Source: Tagaea sp. (GTDB lineage Bacteria; Pseudomonadota; Alphaproteobacteria; CACIAM-22H2). From it: 64,000 bases of DNA. Shown piece by piece: positions 41,623 to 51,565 of this stretch (positions within the stretch are counted from its first letter, which is position 1; each line of letters starts with the position of its first letter). The stretch is from NCBI GenBank assembly GCA_965279525.1, contig CBDIIB010000005.1, forward strand, positions 1,440,001 through 1,504,000, in the 5' to 3' direction. The notes under the pieces are model-generated. The model saw only the letters and a list, made by a program, of their open reading frames with translations. It was not told the origin of the DNA and made no database searches. The position numbers and the translations under genes were made by a program.

Positions 41623-43740
41623 ATGACGAGTCGCTCGCCCGGATCCCGCGCGCGCCGCGAGCCGCGCCTGGGGCGCGAGGCGGCGGAAGACGACGCGCGC
41701 GAAGAAGGTCTGCGCGCCGACCCCGACGCGCGCGCGCGCCCCTCGCGCGGCCCGAAGCGCGCGAAGAAGGCGAAGAAGCCGGGCACCGTCAGGTGGCGCA
41801 AGCTCGGTTCCCTCGCGGTCAAGTGGGGCGCGGTCGCGTCGATCTGGGGCGCCATCGCCGTCGCCGGCGTGCTCGCGGCCTTCTGGATCACGCTGCCGCC
41901 GATCGACGCGATCAACAAGTTCGAACGCCGGCCAAGCCTCACGTTCGTCGACGGTGGCGGCGAGACGGTCGCCACCTACGGCGATCTCTATGGCGGGCTC
42001 GTGCGCCTCGACGAGATGCCGCCGTGGCTGCCGATGGCCGTGCTCGCGACCGAGGACAGGCGCTTCTACGCGCATTTCGGCATCGATCCGCAGGGGCTGG
42101 CGCGCGCGGCCCTCGCCAATTTCCGCGCGGGCCGCGTCGTGCAGGGCGGCTCGACGATCACCCAGCAGCTCGCCAAGAACGTGTTCCTGACGAACGACCG
42201 CAGCTACAAGCGCAAGGTGCAGGAGATGCTGCTCGCCTTCCGGCTCGAGCGCGCCCTCTCCAAGGACGAGATCCTGACGATCTATCTCAACCGCGTCTAT
42301 CTGGGCGCCGGCACCTATGGCGTGGAGGCAGCGTCGCGGCGCTATTTCGGCAAGTCGGCGCGCGAGGTCAACGCGCACGAGGCCGCGATCGTGGCGGGCC
42401 TGCTGAAAGCGCCCTCGCGCCTTGCTCCCACCGCCAGCATCGAGCGTGCGCGCGACCGTGCGAGCGACGTGCTCGACAACATGGTCGAGGCGGGGTTCCT
42501 GACGCCCGCCCAGCGCGCGGCCGCCGCGCGCCTGCCGATCGCCTCGGCGGGCGCCACGGTGGCGCAACGCGGCAACCGCTATTTCACCGACTGGCTCGCC
42601 GAGCAGGTGCAGGGCTTCGTCGGCTACCAGGCGCAGGATCTCGTCGTCGTCACGACGATGGATGCGCGCCTGCAGCGCGTGGCGGAAACGGCGCTGGAAG
42701 ACATCCTCGCACGCGAGGGCCCCAAGGTCGGCGTCGGGCAGGGCGCTTTCGTGCTGATGCGCCCGGACGGCGCCGTGCAGGCGATGGTCGGCGGGCGCGA
42801 CTATGCGAAGAGCGCTTTCAACCGCGCGGTCGATGCGCGCCGCCAGCCGGGCTCCGCGTTCAAGGCGTTCGTCTATCTCGCCGCCGCCGAGCAGGGCCTG
42901 CGGGCGGACGAAAGCATCGCCGATACGCCCATCCAGCTCGCCACATGGCGGCCACGCAATTTCGACAACAAGGTGTTCGGCGAGATTTCCATCCGCGATG
43001 CCTACGCGCGGTCGGTCAACACGGCCGCCGTGCGCGTGGCCCAGCGCGTGGGCGTCGACAATGTCGTGCGCGAGGCGCGGGCCCTTGGCATCTCCTCGCC
43101 GATCCCGCGCAACCTCTCGATCGCGCTGGGCACGTCGGAAGTAAGCCTGCTCGAACTGACGGGCGCCTACGCTTCATTCGCCAACGGCGGCAACGGCGTG
43201 CTGCCGCACGCGATCCTCGAGATCCGCGATCCGTCGGGCAAGCCGCTCTACCGGCGGGCGGGCTCCGGCCCCGGCCAGGTGATGACGCCGGCCGCCCTCG
43301 CCACGATGACGGACCTGATGCAGGCCGTGGTCACGCAAGGCTCGGGCCGGGCGGCGTCGCTGGGCGACCGGCCGGTCGGCGGCAAGACCGGCACCACCAA
43401 CGACTATCGCGACGCGTGGTTCGTCGGCTTCACGTCCGACTATGTCGGCGGGGCGTGGTTCGGCAACGACGACGGCGACGAGATGGAGCGCACGACCGGC
43501 GGCTCGCTGCCGGCACGCCTGTGGAAGGCCGTGATGCTCGAGGCGCACAAGGGCATGCCGGTGAAAGCGCTGCCCGGTGCGGTCGTGCCCGAAGCGCCGG
43601 GCTGGTTCGCGCGCCTGATCGGCAGCTTCCCGGCATCGGCGCCCGCTTCGCCGGCACCCGTACCCGCCGCGAACGCGACACCGACCGGCAACTACGACTT
43701 CGCCAACGACCCGCTGCTGCGCCAGAACCAGAACCGCTGA
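41623..43740 (+). CDS. Class A penicillin-binding protein (PBP1A family)
   Basis: Transglycosylase motifs EDRRFYAH, GGSTITQQL and RKVQE. Transpeptidase motifs SAFK, SVN and KTG. Confidence 0.95.
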   Translation: MTSRSPGSRARREPRLGREAAEDDAREEGLRADPDARARPSRGPKRAKKAKKPGTVRWRKLGSLAVKWGAVASIWGAIAVAGVLAAFWITLPPIDAINKFERRPSLTFVDGGGETVATYGDLYGGLVRLDEMPPWLPMAVLATEDRRFYAHFGIDPQGLARAALANFRAGRVVQGGSTITQQLAKNVFLTNDRSYKRKVQEMLLAFRLERALSKDEILTIYLNRVYLGAGTYGVEAASRRYFGKSAREVNAHEAAIVAGLLKAPSRLAPTASIERARDRASDVLDNMVEAGFLTPAQRAAAARLPIASAGATVAQRGNRYFTDWLAEQVQGFVGYQAQDLVVVTTMDARLQRVAETALEDILAREGPKVGVGQGAFVLMRPDGAVQAMVGGRDYAKSAFNRAVDARRQPGSAFKAFVYLAAAEQGLRADESIADTPIQLATWRPRNFDNKVFGEISIRDAYARSVNTAAVRVAQRVGVDNVVREARALGISSPIPRNLSIALGTSEVSLLELTGAYASFANGGNGVLPHAILEIRDPSGKPLYRRAGSGPGQVMTPAALATMTDLMQAVVTQGSGRAASLGDRPVGGKTGTTNDYRDAWFVGFTSDYVGGAWFGNDDGDEMERTTGGSLPARLWKAVMLEAHKGMPVKALPGAVVPEAPGWFARLIGSFPASAPASPAPVPAANATPTGNYDFANDPLLRQNQNR

Positions 43741-43749
43741 GCGCTTGCG

Positions 43750-44808
43750 TCAGATCGCGCGCGCGGCCATCGGCGGCAGGTACTTGTCGGTCCACAGGTC
43801 GGCGACCGCGGGCTTGCGCGGCAGTTCCATGGCGCCCGCGACCTGGTCGATGCCGCGCGCGAAGCGGGCCGGGTCGAGCGTGCCGATGCCCAGCCGCTTC
43901 GAGTGGTCGTTGACGACCTGGTTGGCGAGCAGCCATTTCAGCCGGTCGATTTCCAGCGGCTTGTCGACGAGACCGTCGACGGCGCCCAGCGCGTTGACCG
44001 CGTCCTCGGGCTTGGCGATCGCGTCGCGCCACGCCTTGACGAAGGCGGCCACGACGCCGGGCACCAGCTTCTCGTTCTCGCGCAGGAACTTGCGCGAGAC
44101 CACGAGGCCGTTCGAATAGAAGTCGAGATTGTAATCCGAGAAATAGAGGAACTTGACGTCCTCGCGCTTGATGCCGACGCGCAGCAGGTTGAACAGCGTC
44201 GTCGAATCGAAGCCGGTCACGGCGTCGACGCGGCCTTGCGCAAGGGAGGCTTCCCGCAATGACAGGTCGATCGCGTCGACCTGGATCTTCGACCGGTCGA
44301 TGCCGGTCGACTGCACGAAGGCCGGCAGCAGAAGAAACCCTGCGTCGGTCGGGGGTGCCCCCAGCTTCTTGCCTTCGAGATCCTTGGGCTTGGAGATGCC
44401 CGACTTGGCAAGGCTGATGATCGAGATCGGCGAGCGCGTGTAGAGGGCCGCGATCGCGATGGGCGCGTTCTGCGGGTTGCGCGCGGCAAACTGCACGAGC
44501 ACCGTGAAATCGCTGAAGCCGAAATCGTAGGTCTCGCTCGCCACGCGCTGGATCGAATCGCCGGCCCCGCGCGAAGGGTCGAGTGTGGCTTCCACGCCCG
44601 CTTCGGCAAAATAGCCCTTCGCGGCGGCGAGGAAAAAGGCGGCATTCGAGCCGTCGCGCGGGGCATTGAGCGTGATGCGGATCGGCACGCGGCTCTGGGC
44701 GCGAAGGGCGGGGGCGGCCAGCGTGGCGATGCCGGCGGCACCGGCGGCCAGCAGAATGCGGCGGCGCGACAGGGGCTTGGCGGTCGGCAGGCGCTTGTCT
44801 ATCGTCAT
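43750..44808 (-). CDS. NMT1/THI5-like ABC substrate-binding protein with Tat signal
   Basis: GGAGGAAG RBS, SRRRIL Tat-like signal, AAAKGYFAEAGV and PKDLEGKKLG. Confidence 0.88.
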   Translation of the reverse strand: MTIDKRLPTAKPLSRRRILLAAGAAGIATLAAPALRAQSRVPIRITLNAPRDGSNAAFFLAAAKGYFAEAGVEATLDPSRGAGDSIQRVASETYDFGFSDFTVLVQFAARNPQNAPIAIAALYTRSPISIISLAKSGISKPKDLEGKKLGAPPTDAGFLLLPAFVQSTGIDRSKIQVDAIDLSLREASLAQGRVDAVTGFDSTTLFNLLRVGIKREDVKFLYFSDYNLDFYSNGLVVSRKFLRENEKLVPGVVAAFVKAWRDAIAKPEDAVNALGAVDGLVDKPLEIDRLKWLLANQVVNDHSKRLGIGTLDPARFARGIDQVAGAMELPRKPAVADLWTDKYLPPMAARAI

Positions 44809-44879
44809 CGGAACTTCCTCCAGTCGGACGCGCGGACGGTTCCCCGAAGCGGGATGTCCGGCAAGGCGCTGCAAGATCC

Positions 44880-45944
44880 ATGACAGACCATTCCCGCCGC
44901 GCATCGGTGCTTTGCCTGTCCTTGCCGCGCGTCGACGATCTTGCGGCACTCGATGCGGCCCTCGGTGCCGGGCTACCCGCCGCACGCGATGTGGTGGCGT
45001 TGCTCGCCAAGACGCAGGGCGACGGCGGGCCGGCCGACACGTCGCGCGCGGCCTTCGTCGCGGCGGCGAAGAAGTGCCTCGCCCGGCATCTGGGGATGCG
45101 CGCCTCGGATGTCGAATCGCGAATCGCGTTCGTCGTGTCGGGCGGCATCGAGGGGGCGAGTGCGCCGCACATGATCGTGCTGTCGCGAAGCGCTTCGCAG
45201 GCACCGCCGCGCGGCAAGGCGCTGGCGATCGGCCGGCATGTGTCTGCCCCGCTGCCGGCGAAGGACACGGGCCGCGTTACGCAGATCGACGCCGCCGCCG
45301 CGGCCGTGCGCGCCGCACTCGCCGACGGCGGGCTTTCGCCCGTTGACGCGCACCTCGTGCTCATCAAGGGCCCGGCCGGCGACGGGGCCGCCGGGATCGC
45401 CGCCGCGCGCGCGGCGACCGCACTGGGGGCGGGCGTGGCGCTGGGCGAATTCTCCCTTGCCGGCGCGCGCAAGGCATGGCGGACGCGCGACATGACAACG
45501 TGGAGTGCGCGCGTCGCGGTTTCGTCGGCCGCCGAGTTCCCGTGCCACGAGGTCGTCGTGCTGGGCAATGCCAGGGGCTGGAGCGGGACCTTACGCATCG
45601 CGCATCGCGCGATGGCCGATCTCGTCGATCTCAGATCGGTCGTCGAAGCACTTGGCGAACTCGGCCTGCGCGCGGCGCCGCAGCTTTCGCAAGGCGCACG
45701 CAAGCGCCTCGTCGCATCCATCGCCAAGGGCGGGCCGCCGCCGGGCGAAATGCTGCGCGGCGTGCCGATGGGACTTGCCAGCGACCAATCGCAGCCCGCG
45801 TTCCGCCGCGTGCGCGGCGCGCTTGCCGGCACCATCGTTGCGGCGACCGGCGAGCCGTTCACGTTTGTTTCAGGCGGCGCCGAACACCAGGGCCCGCCGG
45901 GCGGCGGACTGGTCGCGTTCGTGGCGCGCAGGAAACGGCGTTAG
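44880..45944 (+). CDS. Ring-opening amidohydrolase (AtzD/barbiturase family), divergent
   Basis: AKTQGDG (cf. GKTEGNG), VSGGIEG..PH, IKGP and C-terminal FVSGGAEHQGPPGGG. Confidence 0.85.
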   Translation: MTDHSRRASVLCLSLPRVDDLAALDAALGAGLPAARDVVALLAKTQGDGGPADTSRAAFVAAAKKCLARHLGMRASDVESRIAFVVSGGIEGASAPHMIVLSRSASQAPPRGKALAIGRHVSAPLPAKDTGRVTQIDAAAAAVRAALADGGLSPVDAHLVLIKGPAGDGAAGIAAARAATALGAGVALGEFSLAGARKAWRTRDMTTWSARVAVSSAAEFPCHEVVVLGNARGWSGTLRIAHRAMADLVDLRSVVEALGELGLRAAPQLSQGARKRLVASIAKGGPPPGEMLRGVPMGLASDQSQPAFRRVRGALAGTIVAATGEPFTFVSGGAEHQGPPGGGLVAFVARRKRR

Positions 45945-47158
45945 CGCTTCGTGAAAGGCCTCACCAGAAAGACGAGGCTCGCCGTCAGCGCCAGCGCGCA
46001 GCCCAGCACCAGCGCGGCGAGTACCACCGGCGTGCCGGCATGCAGCCAGCCGAACGCGATGCCGACGAGGGCGGCCGAGCCCATCTGGATGAAGCCCATC
46101 AGCGCCGAGGCCGATCCCGCCATGTGCGGATAGGGGCCGAGCGCGCCGCCTTGCGCGTTGGGCATGTTGATCCCCATGCCGAGCACGAAGACGGCCATCG
46201 GGAAAACGAGGAATGCCGCCCCGACCACGTCGGGCGTGGCGAGGCCCGTCAGTGCCACCGCCAGCATGCCGGCACCGCCCGCGACGTTGATCGCGGCGCC
46301 CAGCACCAGCATGCGGTCGATGCCGAGGCGCATCGTCAGGTGCGTGGCGATCTGCGCACCGATGAAATAGCCGACCACGCACATGACGAAGTACCAGCTG
46401 TACACGTCGGGGCTGAGACCCAGATCGTCGATCAGCACGAAGGACGAGCCGGAGATGAACGCGAACAGCCCGCTATAGCCGGCCGACACGCAAAGCGCGT
46501 AGCCCAGATAGCGTCGGTCGGCGAGCAGCGTGGCGTAGTTGCGAAGCATGCGGACAGGATCGAGCGCGCTCGCGTCGCGCAAGCGGTTGGTCTCGACCAG
46601 TTTCCACGCCAGCAGTGCGAGCAGCACGGTGGCGAAGAGGACGAGCAGCGAGAAGTTCCACCGCCAGCCGAAATTTACCTCGACGATGCCGCCCAGCACC
46701 GGGCCGATGGCCGGTGCGAACGCCATCACCGAGCCCACGAGGGCGAGCATGCGTGCCGCCCCTTCGCGCCCGTAGACGTCGCGCACGATGGCCCGGCCCA
46801 GCACGACGCCGGCGCACGCCCCGGTGGCCTGCAGGGCGCGCGCCACGATCAGCTGGTCGATGCTGCCCGCGAACGCGCACGCGACCGAGGCCACGACATA
46901 GATCGCGATCCCGCCGATCACCACCGGCCGGCGGCCGAAGCGGTCGGACAGCGGCCCGTAGACGAGCTGGGCGAATGCGAACGCGACCATGTACATCGAC
47001 AGCGTGAGCTGCGTGCCGGCGACGTCGGCCGCAAGGTCGCGCCCGATGGCCGGCAGCGAGGGCAGATAGAGATCGGTCGACAGCGGCCCGATCGCGACGA
47101 GGGCGATGATCAGGCCCAGCAACATGCGGCCGGCGACAGGTGGCGGGGCAGGATTCAC
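45941..47158 (-). CDS. Bcr/CflA family MFS efflux transporter
   Basis: DLYLPSLP and GPLSDRFGRRPV. GTG start overlaps the paralog stop. Confidence 0.92.
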   Translation of the reverse strand: MNPAPPPVAGRMLLGLIIALVAIGPLSTDLYLPSLPAIGRDLAADVAGTQLTLSMYMVAFAFAQLVYGPLSDRFGRRPVVIGGIAIYVVASVACAFAGSIDQLIVARALQATGACAGVVLGRAIVRDVYGREGAARMLALVGSVMAFAPAIGPVLGGIVEVNFGWRWNFSLLVLFATVLLALLAWKLVETNRLRDASALDPVRMLRNYATLLADRRYLGYALCVSAGYSGLFAFISGSSFVLIDDLGLSPDVYSWYFVMCVVGYFIGAQIATHLTMRLGIDRMLVLGAAINVAGGAGMLAVALTGLATPDVVGAAFLVFPMAVFVLGMGINMPNAQGGALGPYPHMAGSASALMGFIQMGSAALVGIAFGWLHAGTPVVLAALVLGCALALTASLVFLVRPFTKR

Positions 47159-48363
47159 GCGGCCTTCTTCTCGGCCGGCCGGGCCAGCACGAAATAGCCG
47201 AACGCCGTGAGCAGGCCGCCGGCGCACACGCCAAGTGCGGTGGACAGCGGCGTGCCGTCGGACAGGGCGGCCACGCCGACGGTGCCCGCCGCCGCGATGG
47301 TCATCTGCAGGAAGCCTTGCAAGGCGGCCGCCGCACCCGCGATGCGCGGGAAGGGCTGCATGGCGTTGGCCATCGCGTTGGGCATCGCGAGACCGAAGCC
47401 GAACGTGAACACCATCATCGGGGCGACGACCGTGACGGGGTTCGAAAGCCCGGCGAGGACGAAAGCGACGAACGCGATGCCGGACACCGCACAGATCGCC
47501 GAGCCGGTGGCGACGAGCCGCGAGCCGGCAGCACGGTGTGCCATCCGGCTTGCCACGGCCGATCCCGCCAGGAAGCCGATCACCGTGAAGCCCGGCACGA
47601 AACCGAACATCGCCGGCGACACGCCGAACATGTCGATGAACACGAACGGGATGCCGGTCGTGTAGGCCATCAGGCCGGTGAACGTGCCCGACATCGTCAG
47701 CGCGTAGCCGACGTAAGTCCGGCTTCCCAGCAGCGTGCCGAACGAACGCAGCAGGCGCATCGGCTCCAGCGCATGCGGATCGGGATTGCGGTTGGACTCG
47801 TCGAGCCGCAGATACGTGGCCACCGCCACGATCACGGCGAAAAGTGCGAGCACCAGGAACGCGGCCCGCCAGCCGAACCAGGTCTGGAGCTGGCCGCCGA
47901 GGATCGGTGCCAGTGCCGGCCCCACCGCGATCGCCATGCCGATATAGGCAAGCGTGCGCGCGGCTTCGTTGCGTTCGAACCGGTCGCGCGTGACGGCGCG
48001 CGAGACGGTGGCGCCGACGCACGCGCCGATCCCCTGCACGCCGCGCGCGAGGATCAGCGCCCAGATGTTGGGTGCGAGCGCGCAGGCGAGCGTGCCGGCG
48101 AGATAGACGCCGATGCCCGCGAACAGGATCGGCCGGCGGCCGAACCGGTCGGACAGCGGCCCCCAGACGAGCTGCGAGAGCGCGAAGCACGCGAGATAGA
48201 GCGTCATCGTCAGCTTGACCTGCTCGGGCGGAGCCGCGAGCGCTTCGGTCAGCGAGGGCAGCGAGGGGATGTACATCGAGATCGTCATCTGCCCGAGCAT
48301 CACCATCGAGGTGAGCAGGACGATGGTTCCGGGCGTGGCCCGGGCCGCCGGCGTCTCAGCCAT
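47155..48363 (-). CDS. Bcr/CflA family MFS efflux transporter
   Basis: MYIPSLP, GPLSDRFGRRPI and multiple TM helices. Confidence 0.92.
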   Translation of the reverse strand: MAETPAARATPGTIVLLTSMVMLGQMTISMYIPSLPSLTEALAAPPEQVKLTMTLYLACFALSQLVWGPLSDRFGRRPILFAGIGVYLAGTLACALAPNIWALILARGVQGIGACVGATVSRAVTRDRFERNEAARTLAYIGMAIAVGPALAPILGGQLQTWFGWRAAFLVLALFAVIVAVATYLRLDESNRNPDPHALEPMRLLRSFGTLLGSRTYVGYALTMSGTFTGLMAYTTGIPFVFIDMFGVSPAMFGFVPGFTVIGFLAGSAVASRMAHRAAGSRLVATGSAICAVSGIAFVAFVLAGLSNPVTVVAPMMVFTFGFGLAMPNAMANAMQPFPRIAGAAAALQGFLQMTIAAAGTVGVAALSDGTPLSTALGVCAGGLLTAFGYFVLARPAEKKAA

Positions 48364-49111
48364 GACGCAGCAGCTTCGCGCCGTTTTCGGCAAGCCATGC
48401 GCGCGGGCCCGACACGTCGCCGGCAAGTTCGGCCACCAGCGCCCAAAACGCGGGTCCGTGGTTCATGTGGCGCAGGTGTGCCACCTCGTGCGCCACGACA
48501 TAGTCGAGCACGTCGGGCGGCGCCAGCACGAGGCGCCAGGAAAAGGCGAGCGTGCCGTCGGACGCGGCACTGCCCCAGCGCGTGCGCGGATCGGCGATGC
48601 GCACGGCCTTGAGCTTGCGCCCGATGCCCTGCGACAGCGCATGCGCCTTGGCTGTCAGGATCGTGCGGGCCTGGCGCTTGAGCCAGTCGCGCACGCGGCG
48701 CGCGACGAACTCGGGCGCACCGCCGACCAGCAGTGTGTCGCCGTCGCGCTTCGTCAGCCGGCCGGAGACGTGGCGTACGGTGAGATTCGTGCCCTGGAAA
48801 TCGAAGCGCGTGCCGCAGGCGAACTCGACGCGCGCGGGCACGGCCGCCAGGCGCGCGCGCAGCCAGTCGCCCTGCCGGCGCGCGAAGCGCAGACCTTCCT
48901 CGACCGGCGTGTGCCACGGCACGGTCAATGCGATGGCCCCGTCGGCGGCATCGACGCGCACCGAGATGCGCCGGGCGCGCGGGTTGCGGCGCACGCGCAC
49001 GTCGGTGGTTTCGCCGGGCGCGAGGAGACCTTCGACCGCGACGGTCTTGTCGCGGCCGTCGGTCGGGCGTTTGCCGCGCGGCTTGGGAAACAGGATGCTC
49101 AAAAGGCCCAC
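48356..49111 (-). CDS. YgjP-like (DUF45/M48) zinc-dependent protein
   Basis: TRWGS and DYVVAHEVAHLRHMNHGPAFW. Confidence 0.9.
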   Translation of the reverse strand: MGLLSILFPKPRGKRPTDGRDKTVAVEGLLAPGETTDVRVRRNPRARRISVRVDAADGAIALTVPWHTPVEEGLRFARRQGDWLRARLAAVPARVEFACGTRFDFQGTNLTVRHVSGRLTKRDGDTLLVGGAPEFVARRVRDWLKRQARTILTAKAHALSQGIGRKLKAVRIADPRTRWGSAASDGTLAFSWRLVLAPPDVLDYVVAHEVAHLRHMNHGPAFWALVAELAGDVSGPRAWLAENGAKLLRHG

Positions 49112-49179
49112 AAAACGTTTTTAGGGGCTTGCTCGTGACCGGCGCAAGCGTCGATGATGCGGCAGGGAGAAACGCAAAA

Positions 49180-49962
49180 ATGCCAGTCCTGAAACCAAAC
49201 CAGCTCAAGCGCCGGCTCGCCGGCGGTCGCAAGGCCTTCGGTGCCTGGCTGCACACCGCCAGCCCGATGGCCGTCGAAGTGCTTTCCGGCGTGGGCTACG
49301 ACGCGCTGATCATCGACAACGAGCACGGGCCCGCCAGCCTGCAGGCCACGCACGCGATGCTCCAGGCGAGCGTGCCCTACGACCTTGGCATCGGCGTGCG
49401 CGTGCCCATCGGCGATCCGGTCTATTTCAAGCAGCTTCTCGACATGGGTGCCGACAGCGTCATGGTGCCGATGATCCACAATGCCGACCAGGCGCGTGCG
49501 GTCGTCGATGCCTGCCGCTATCCGCCCAAGGGCTCCCGCGGCATCGGGCCGTGGCGCGCGATGGCCAACGGCGTGTCGATCGACGACTACCGCGCGCACA
49601 TGGCCGAGAACCTCTTCATCATGGTGCAGATCGAATCGGTCGAGGCGATGGCGAATGCCGAGGCGATCGCGCGCGTCGACGGCATCGACCTGCTCGTCAT
49701 CGGCCCCAACGACCTGTCGGGCTCGATGGGCATCGTGGGCCAGTTCGACCACCCGGACCATCTCGCCGCGATGGACCGCATCCTTGCCGCCGCGACCAAG
49801 GCGGGCAAGCCGTGCTGCACCGTTCCTTACGGCAAGTTCAGCACGGGCGCCCTGTTCCAGCGCGGCTACTCGTTCATCATCGCGTCGACCGAATACACGC
49901 TGATGCGCCGTTCGGCCCTGGCCGAGATCGCGGATGCCAAGAAGGCAATGGGCAACGGCTAG
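49180..49962 (+). CDS. HpcH/HpaI aldolase family protein
   Basis: DNEHG, LDMGA, YPPKGSRG, QIES and GPNDLS. Confidence 0.92.
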   Translation: MPVLKPNQLKRRLAGGRKAFGAWLHTASPMAVEVLSGVGYDALIIDNEHGPASLQATHAMLQASVPYDLGIGVRVPIGDPVYFKQLLDMGADSVMVPMIHNADQARAVVDACRYPPKGSRGIGPWRAMANGVSIDDYRAHMAENLFIMVQIESVEAMANAEAIARVDGIDLLVIGPNDLSGSMGIVGQFDHPDHLAAMDRILAAATKAGKPCCTVPYGKFSTGALFQRGYSFIIASTEYTLMRRSALAEIADAKKAMGNG

Positions 49963-49965
49963 CGT

Positions 49966-51228
49966 CTAGCGGCGCGGGACGCGGGCTTTCTTCGGTTTCG
50001 TGAACGTCGCGACCAGTTCGAGGTGGCCGGTCCACAGGAACTGGTCCACGGGGACCACGCGCGCCAGCGTATAGCCGCCATCCACCAGCACGCGCGCGTC
50101 GCGCGCGAAGCTCGCCGGATTGCACGACACCGCCACGACGACGGGCACCGACGAGGCGGCCAGATACGTCGCCTGTTCGCGCGCACCCTCGCGCGGCGGA
50201 TCGAAGATCGCCGCGTCGTATTCGTCGAGCTCTTCCACCAGCAGCGGCCGGCGTTCGAGATCGCGCGCCTCGCACGTCACGCGGCCCGCGCGGAAGCCGG
50301 CGCGGGCCCCGGCCTGCATGGCGGCACTGGCGGCGGCATCGCCCTCGACCGCGTGCACGCGACCGGTGAGCGGGAACGAGAACGTGCCGAGCCCGGCATA
50401 GAGATCGACGATGCGCTTGGCGCGGCCGACCGAGGCCGCGATCTCCGACGCGATCGCAAGCTCGGCGGGGCGCGCGGCCTGCAGGAAGGCGCCGGGTGGC
50501 GGCACCACTTCGACCGTGCCGAACGACACGCGCGGGCTTTCGTGCAGCACGACGATTTCGGGTTCCTCGCCCGTCTCGCGCCGCCAGGCGATGCGCACGA
50601 TGCCGTTGGCTGCGGCGAAGTCGGCGAGCGAGGCGCGCTTGCGCGCGTCGGGGCTGCGCCCGGTGAGCAAGAGGTCGATGCCGTTGTCGGCGGCCGTCAC
50701 GTGGATGTCGAAGGTTTCGGCGGGGCGCAGGAAATCGACAAGGAACGCGCGCAGTGCCGGCAGCAGCGACACGATCTTCGGCAGCAGCACGAGACACGAA
50801 TCGATGTCGACGAGTTCGGTGCTTCCCTCGGTGTGGAAGCCGAGCGTCACGCCGCCTTGCGTGCGCAGGGCCGAAAGCTCCGCGCGCCGGCGTGTACCAC
50901 CGGCGATGCGCAGCATCGGCGCGGGTGCGATGTCGAGACCGCGCGCGGACAGCGCCGCGACGAGCAGCCCCTGCTTCCACGCGACGTAAGAGGCTTCGGC
51001 CAGATGCTGCACGGCGCAGCCGCCGCACGCATGGAAATGCGGGCACGGCGGATCGACGCGGTCGGGCGCCTTGGTCAGGATCTCGACCGCGCGCGCGCGG
51101 TCCTTGCCGAAGCGCTGCGCGCGCACGCGCTCGCCGGGCAGGGCGCCGGGCACGAAAAGCGGGCCGTCGGCGACGCCGTCGCCGCTTGCGCCCAGCTTGC
51201 GGATTTCAAGTTCGACCGTTTCTTCCAT
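49966..51228 (-). CDS. rlmD: RNA (uracil-C5)-methyltransferase, RlmD/TrmA family
   Basis: Fe-S motif CPHFHACGGC, FLQ, DLYAGLGTF, DPPREG, VSCNP and DQF...HLE. Confidence 0.88.
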   Translation of the reverse strand: MEETVELEIRKLGASGDGVADGPLFVPGALPGERVRAQRFGKDRARAVEILTKAPDRVDPPCPHFHACGGCAVQHLAEASYVAWKQGLLVAALSARGLDIAPAPMLRIAGGTRRRAELSALRTQGGVTLGFHTEGSTELVDIDSCLVLLPKIVSLLPALRAFLVDFLRPAETFDIHVTAADNGIDLLLTGRSPDARKRASLADFAAANGIVRIAWRRETGEEPEIVVLHESPRVSFGTVEVVPPPGAFLQAARPAELAIASEIAASVGRAKRIVDLYAGLGTFSFPLTGRVHAVEGDAAASAAMQAGARAGFRAGRVTCEARDLERRPLLVEELDEYDAAIFDPPREGAREQATYLAASSVPVVVAVSCNPASFARDARVLVDGGYTLARVVPVDQFLWTGHLELVATFTKPKKARVPRR

Positions 51229-51565
51229 GGGGGGCGAGGTGTAGCCGCGATCCGGGCGGCGGCGAAGCGAAACCTCTGCCGGCCCCGGGACTTGACAGGT
51301 TTTGCCCGGCGGCCCCGGTTTTGCCGCGACCCGACCGCGTCCCGGCCGGCCGAGGGCGGATTACCAAATGAAATCAATGGCCGACGCGATGGGATGGGAA
51401 AGGCGACTCGGCCCCCGACGCGAGGCCGCGACCCCGAGCCATTTCCCTCAACCTATTGAAATAACTTGGAATACCAAATTTCCCAAAATCCGATTGGCGG
51501 GGGGGGAGGGGGCGTGTTACGCAAAAACCGTCAGGAAAGCGAAGTCTTCATAGCCTTCGCGCCGT

